Of a stretch of DNA of 64,000 nt, positions 58,904-64,000 are shown in pieces (the first letter of the stretch is position 1; the number at the start of each line of letters is the position of its first letter). The notes beneath the pieces were generated by a model. That model made no database searches. It was given only the letters and a program-made list of their open reading frames with translations, and had not been told where the DNA came from. Origin of the DNA: Pelagibacteraceae bacterium (lineage in GTDB: Bacteria; Pseudomonadota; Alphaproteobacteria; HIMB59); contig PAHR01000019.1 in assembly GCA_002705265.1 (NCBI GenBank), forward strand, positions 1,438-65,437. Direction: 5' to 3'. The position numbers and the translations under genes were made by a program.

Positions 58904-59692
58904 ATGTCAAATAAAGAAAATATTAACAAATTGCGACATCACCCTTATTTTGCGGCTTTATTGGATATTGTTAGGAAATCTGGTCGTATAATTTTGGATA
59001 TTTATAACGATCACGACCCTAAAGTATTATATAAAGAAGATAAATCACCTTTAACTAAGGCGGATTTATTGTCTCATAATTTGATATGTAAAGAATTATC
59101 TACCATAAGCGATATCCCTATAGTGTCTGAAGAATCCGATGAACATTATACTAAAGCTCTAACTTATTGGCTTATCGATCCTTTAGACGGTACTAAAGAG
59201 TTTTTAAATAAAAATGATGAGTTTACTGTAAATATAGCTTTAATTGAAGACCATGTTCCTACTATAGGTATAGTATACCTTCCTGTAAGTGGCTTTATAT
59301 ATATTGGTGGCCAAGATTTGGGTTCTGTTAAAATAGACAATTCAAATAATTTAAAAGAAATAAAAGTTTCTATGCCAGATAAAAAAATTAAAGTAATAGC
59401 AAGTTCGAGCCATTTAAACAATGAAACTAAAAATTTTATTAAAAGCCTAGGAAAAGTAGACTTGATACAATCCGGTAGTTCTATAAAGTTTTGTTTAGTA
59501 GCTGAGGGATCAGTTGACATATATCCTCGTCTATCACCAACTTCAGAATGGGATACTGCAGCAGCACAAGCAGTAGTTGAAGGAGCAGGTGGTTCGGTGC
59601 TTACACTAGATGCAAAGAGACTCAGGTATCAAAAGCATGACATTATTAATCCAAAATTTATTGTTAGGGGTCAAAACTTTTTAGGTATTTAA
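58904..59692 (+). CDS. cysQ: 3'(2'),5'-bisphosphate nucleotidase
   Basis: SPLT.AD, SEE, IDPLDGTKEF, EFTVNIAL, WDTAAAQ. Confidence 0.93.
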   Translation: MSNKENINKLRHHPYFAALLDIVRKSGRIILDIYNDHDPKVLYKEDKSPLTKADLLSHNLICKELSTISDIPIVSEESDEHYTKALTYWLIDPLDGTKEFLNKNDEFTVNIALIEDHVPTIGIVYLPVSGFIYIGGQDLGSVKIDNSNNLKEIKVSMPDKKIKVIASSSHLNNETKNFIKSLGKVDLIQSGSSIKFCLVAEGSVDIYPRLSPTSEWDTAAAQAVVEGAGGSVLTLDAKRLRYQKHDIINPKFIVRGQNFLGI

Positions 59693-60678
59693 CTTTTTTT
59701 CAGCGAAGGATTATTTTCCCTGTAAGTTTTTTCTAAAGAAGTGTCACCAACTTCTGTATAAATTTGAGTAGTGGAAAGCGATGAATGTCCTAATAGCTCT
59801 TGAATAGTTCTTAAATCACCGCCATTTTTAAGTATGTGTGTTGCGAAACTGTGTCGAAGCGAGTGAGGAGTTAATGTTTTTGGAAGACCGAGATTTAACC
59901 TTGCATTTTTCAAATCGCGTTGGAAAGAGGAAGCTTTTAATGGTGATCCTCTATCACCAAAAAAAATTGATTTACCTTCTTCTAGTTTATAAGGCAACTC
60001 AGATAAATACTCATTTAATGCATTTTTAACTGTATCTAAAACTGGTACCGATCTTTCTTTTCCTCCTTTCCCCATTATATTTAAAAAAGACAAGTCATTT
60101 GTATCAATTTTTTTTAGATTTAAAGCTTCATTGATCCTTAATCCACAACCATATAATAAATAAAATATTGCCTTATTTCTTTTTTTTATCCATTTCTTTG
60201 AAGAAATTTTTGATAATTCATTTACCAGATCAACTATTTGCTCTTCATTAATTGATTTTGGCAGTGATTTAGGAATCCTTGGGTTCTTAATTAGAAGTAT
60301 TTGATTTAATGCATTTTCAAAAGAAGCTGATTTTTTTTTTAAAAATATTAAAAAATTTTTTAAGCTACTGATGGCTCTTCTTCTAGATCTAGCAGACAAA
60401 GGTTTTTTATAAATATTATTATAATTTCTATTTTGAGATAGGTCTGAAATCCAAGCTCTTAGAGCTTGAAGGTTTAATTCACTAATTGCTTTTAATGTAA
60501 GTTTCCCAGATTGATAGTTATTTAAGAATATTAAAAAATCAGCTAAATCGTATGAATAGGAATTATGAGTATTTAACGAAAATCCTTTTATATTTTTTAA
60601 ATAATTTCTCCATTCTTCAAATTCAATTATTAAATTTCTGTCTAATTTATTACTTTCAAGTAAATCCAAAAACTTCAT
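59689..60678 (-). CDS. xerC: tyrosine recombinase XerC
   Basis: LYGCGLR..E, GKG.KER, HSLRHSFATH, LGHSSLSTTQIY; xerC-priA-atpH synteny. Confidence 0.88.
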   Translation of the reverse strand: MKFLDLLESNKLDRNLIIEFEEWRNYLKNIKGFSLNTHNSYSYDLADFLIFLNNYQSGKLTLKAISELNLQALRAWISDLSQNRNYNNIYKKPLSARSRRRAISSLKNFLIFLKKKSASFENALNQILLIKNPRIPKSLPKSINEEQIVDLVNELSKISSKKWIKKRNKAIFYLLYGCGLRINEALNLKKIDTNDLSFLNIMGKGGKERSVPVLDTVKNALNEYLSELPYKLEEGKSIFFGDRGSPLKASSFQRDLKNARLNLGLPKTLTPHSLRHSFATHILKNGGDLRTIQELLGHSSLSTTQIYTEVGDTSLEKTYRENNPSLKKS

Positions 60679-60715
60679 ATCATGTTATTATAATAAAGAA
60701 TCTTTATTAAAACAG

Positions 60716-62791
60716 ATGAAATATTTTGAAATAATACCCCTAACCACAATTAATAAGACTCTTTTATACAAATTTGATAAAAAATTAGCTTTGGGAAACA
60801 TAGTTGAGATAACTATTAAAAAAAAATCTTTACTAGGAATCGTAATAATTGAGAGGCGTGAGAAAGATATAAATTTTGATAAAAATAAAATTTTAAAAAT
60901 CAGATCATCTTTAGATATAAAATTTAAATCATCACATTTGAATTTTATTAGATATTTATCACAGCATTATTTTATAGATTTAGGATTAGCATTTAAAATA
61001 TCTATAGGTTCAGAAGTTAATATTAAAAAAAATATTAAAAATTATTTAGAATTTAAAAGTTGCATATACGAAACTAAAAAACATTTATTAGAAAAAAATA
61101 AATTAAGTAATAAACAATTTAATACATTGTTTAACTCAAATGAAATTAAAGAAATAGAAAATGGATTTCTATTTAAAAAACCTAACTTGCCTATTAAATT
61201 GAATTTAGAACAACAAGAAATTTTTACAGAAATAAAAAAAAATGTTCGTAATAATTATTCTTGTCATTTAATTGATGGAGTCACAGGCTCAGGTAAAACT
61301 GAATTATATTTTCAGTTTATATTAAGAGCCCTAGAACAAAAAAAGCAAATATTGGTCATGCTACCTGAAATTGCTCTTACTGAGGATTGGTCAAGTCGAT
61401 TTAATAAGTATTTTGGTTGCAATCCCTATATTTGGCATTCTAAGCAAACTGCTAATAAAAAAAACCGAATATTAAGGTCTTTAATTAAGGGAGAACCATG
61501 TGTTGTTGTTGGAGCTAGGTCTTCCGTTTTATTACCTTTTAAAAACTTATCTTTAATAATATGCGATGAAGAACATGATAGTTCTTATAAGCAGGATGAT
61601 GGTCCAAAATATAATGCAAGAGATATGGCAATTTTAAAAGCCAATAAGGAAAAATGTTTGTGTCTTTTAGTTAGCGCATCTCCTTCTCTAGAGACGCTAT
61701 ATAATGTCAGCTTAAATAAAATAACACATCATAAATTGTTAAATCAATTTTCAAAGACACTACTACCTAAAATTATTCTTGTTGATATGAACATTCATAA
61801 ACCTAGTCATAAATCTTGGATTTCTAAGGAAATGTTTAAAGCAACAAATAAAGTACTAGAAAAAAAAGGACAGGTTTTATTTTTTTTAAATAGAAGAGGT
61901 TATGCACCAATAAAAATTTGTATTGAATGCCACACAAGCTTGCAATGCGATAATTGTGCAACAAACTTGGTTTATCATAAATCAATTAATAAACTTATAT
62001 GTCACCAATGTGCCTCAAATTATAATTCAAATCAAATTTGTAAAAAATGTTCTAGTTCTAAATTTATTTCTCTTGGTATAGGTCTTGAAAGACTGCAAGA
62101 AGAAGTTACAAGGCTTTTTCCTGGAAAGAAAAATCAGATTTTTTCCAGTGATACTTTAAAGATAAAAACGAATAAAAAAATATTTTTTGAAAATGTATTT
62201 AAAAATAAGACCAATATTTTAATTGGCTCTCAAATAATTGGCAAATCTTTTCATTTTGCAAATTTGAAATTGGTTAATATAATTGATGGTGATTCAACTT
62301 TATATAGTCCAGATTTTAGAGCCCTTGAAAAAACTTATCAACTTTTTCAACAGGTAGCTGGCAGGTCTGGCAGGGAAGGGGAACAAGGATCTGTAATAAT
62401 ACAATCTTACAATATAAATCATTCTATTTTTCAAAGTATTAAAAAACAAAATAGAGATGAATTTTTAAGATCGGAATTAAAAAGAAGGCATTTATCAAAT
62501 TTACCACCTTATTTTAAAATTGGAGTAATCAGCATAATTCATAAAAAACAGGAGCAATTAAGAGAAATTAAATTTGAAATAGTTAGCTCAGCTAAAAAAC
62601 TAAAATTGCAAATATATGGACCTACTCCCGCTCTGATTCCTTATAAAAAAAACCACTATCATGAAATATTCTTCTTTAAAGAACTCTCTTACAGATCTTT
62701 AGAAAGAAATATTTCGTCACTTTTATCATCAATTAATCAACAAAATCAACGTTTTTTAAATATAGACATAGATCCAATAAATATTTCTTAA
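60716..62791 (+). CDS. priA: primosomal protein N'
   Basis: GVTGSGKTE, DEEHD, SASPS, four CxxC motifs, QVAGRSGR. Confidence 0.95.
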   Translation: MKYFEIIPLTTINKTLLYKFDKKLALGNIVEITIKKKSLLGIVIIERREKDINFDKNKILKIRSSLDIKFKSSHLNFIRYLSQHYFIDLGLAFKISIGSEVNIKKNIKNYLEFKSCIYETKKHLLEKNKLSNKQFNTLFNSNEIKEIENGFLFKKPNLPIKLNLEQQEIFTEIKKNVRNNYSCHLIDGVTGSGKTELYFQFILRALEQKKQILVMLPEIALTEDWSSRFNKYFGCNPYIWHSKQTANKKNRILRSLIKGEPCVVVGARSSVLLPFKNLSLIICDEEHDSSYKQDDGPKYNARDMAILKANKEKCLCLLVSASPSLETLYNVSLNKITHHKLLNQFSKTLLPKIILVDMNIHKPSHKSWISKEMFKATNKVLEKKGQVLFFLNRRGYAPIKICIECHTSLQCDNCATNLVYHKSINKLICHQCASNYNSNQICKKCSSSKFISLGIGLERLQEEVTRLFPGKKNQIFSSDTLKIKTNKKIFFENVFKNKTNILIGSQIIGKSFHFANLKLVNIIDGDSTLYSPDFRALEKTYQLFQQVAGRSGREGEQGSVIIQSYNINHSIFQSIKKQNRDEFLRSELKRRHLSNLPPYFKIGVISIIHKKQEQLREIKFEIVSSAKKLKLQIYGPTPALIPYKKNHYHEIFFFKELSYRSLERNISSLLSSINQQNQRFLNIDIDPINIS

Positions 62792-62872
62792 CAAATGTCT
62801 CTTGATGCGTCATTTGTTAGGTCTTTAAAGGACTTTCAATATGATAAAAACTTCTCTTAATTTAATTAAATA

Positions 62873-64000
<1,128 letters not shown>

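Noticed and set aside
14341-60029. Numerous 60-142 aa ORFs overlapping core genes (e.g. 18618, 18939, 23627, 25530, 28342, 31729, 31775, 32026, 34900, 36282, 38761, 40176, 41271, 41912, 44435, 46444, 46715, 48213, 51369, 51644, 52418, 55687, 56404, 58625, 59164, 59838)
   Set aside because: Antisense or alternate-frame shadows of strongly supported genes, with no RBS or family motifs
59689-60678. Tyrosine recombinase as a prophage or island integrase
   Set aside because: Sequence and xerC-priA-atpH context fit housekeeping XerC, and no att repeats or phage genes were seen

Overview
AT-rich, gene-dense window from a genome-streamlined alphaproteobacterium. It looks SAR11/AEGEAN-169-like, which is an inference from gene order, tiny intergenic spaces and AT bias. 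Most of it is core genome: the leuB end and asd, pdxY, sodB, ibpA, a TCA super-operon (sdhCDAB-mdh-sucAB-acnA), gpsA, ampG, cytochrome c, kdsB-pheA, ffs-dnaX-ybaB-recR, def-fmt-truA, dapD/E, rpmH-rnpA-yidD-yidC-engB, panC, xerC, priA and atpHA. Accessory blocks are a DUF1800/DUF1501 pair, an omega-transaminase, an ArnT/Rgt-like glycosyltransferase plus double-PAP2 lipid A modification cluster, an acetoacetate/TRAP module, and a cysD-cysNC-cysQ PAPS cassette whose CysD has a long unexplained N-terminal extension. RNA genes are tRNA-Arg(UCG), tRNA-Arg(ACG) and SRP RNA. The most notable unexplained signals are: (1) a compact multi-junction structured RNA upstream of sdhC; (2) an sRNA or attenuator with a microprotein and tandem NrdR-like boxes at 8.3-8.7 kb; (3) an 11-A slippage tract in dnaX; (4) two dispersed paralogous 70-aa proteins sharing a C-terminal DxRFYKDDxKxR motif; (5) an SucB lacking the subunit-binding domain. 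No CRISPR array, transposase or prophage was seen. All calls come from reading the sequence by eye, and no searches were run.
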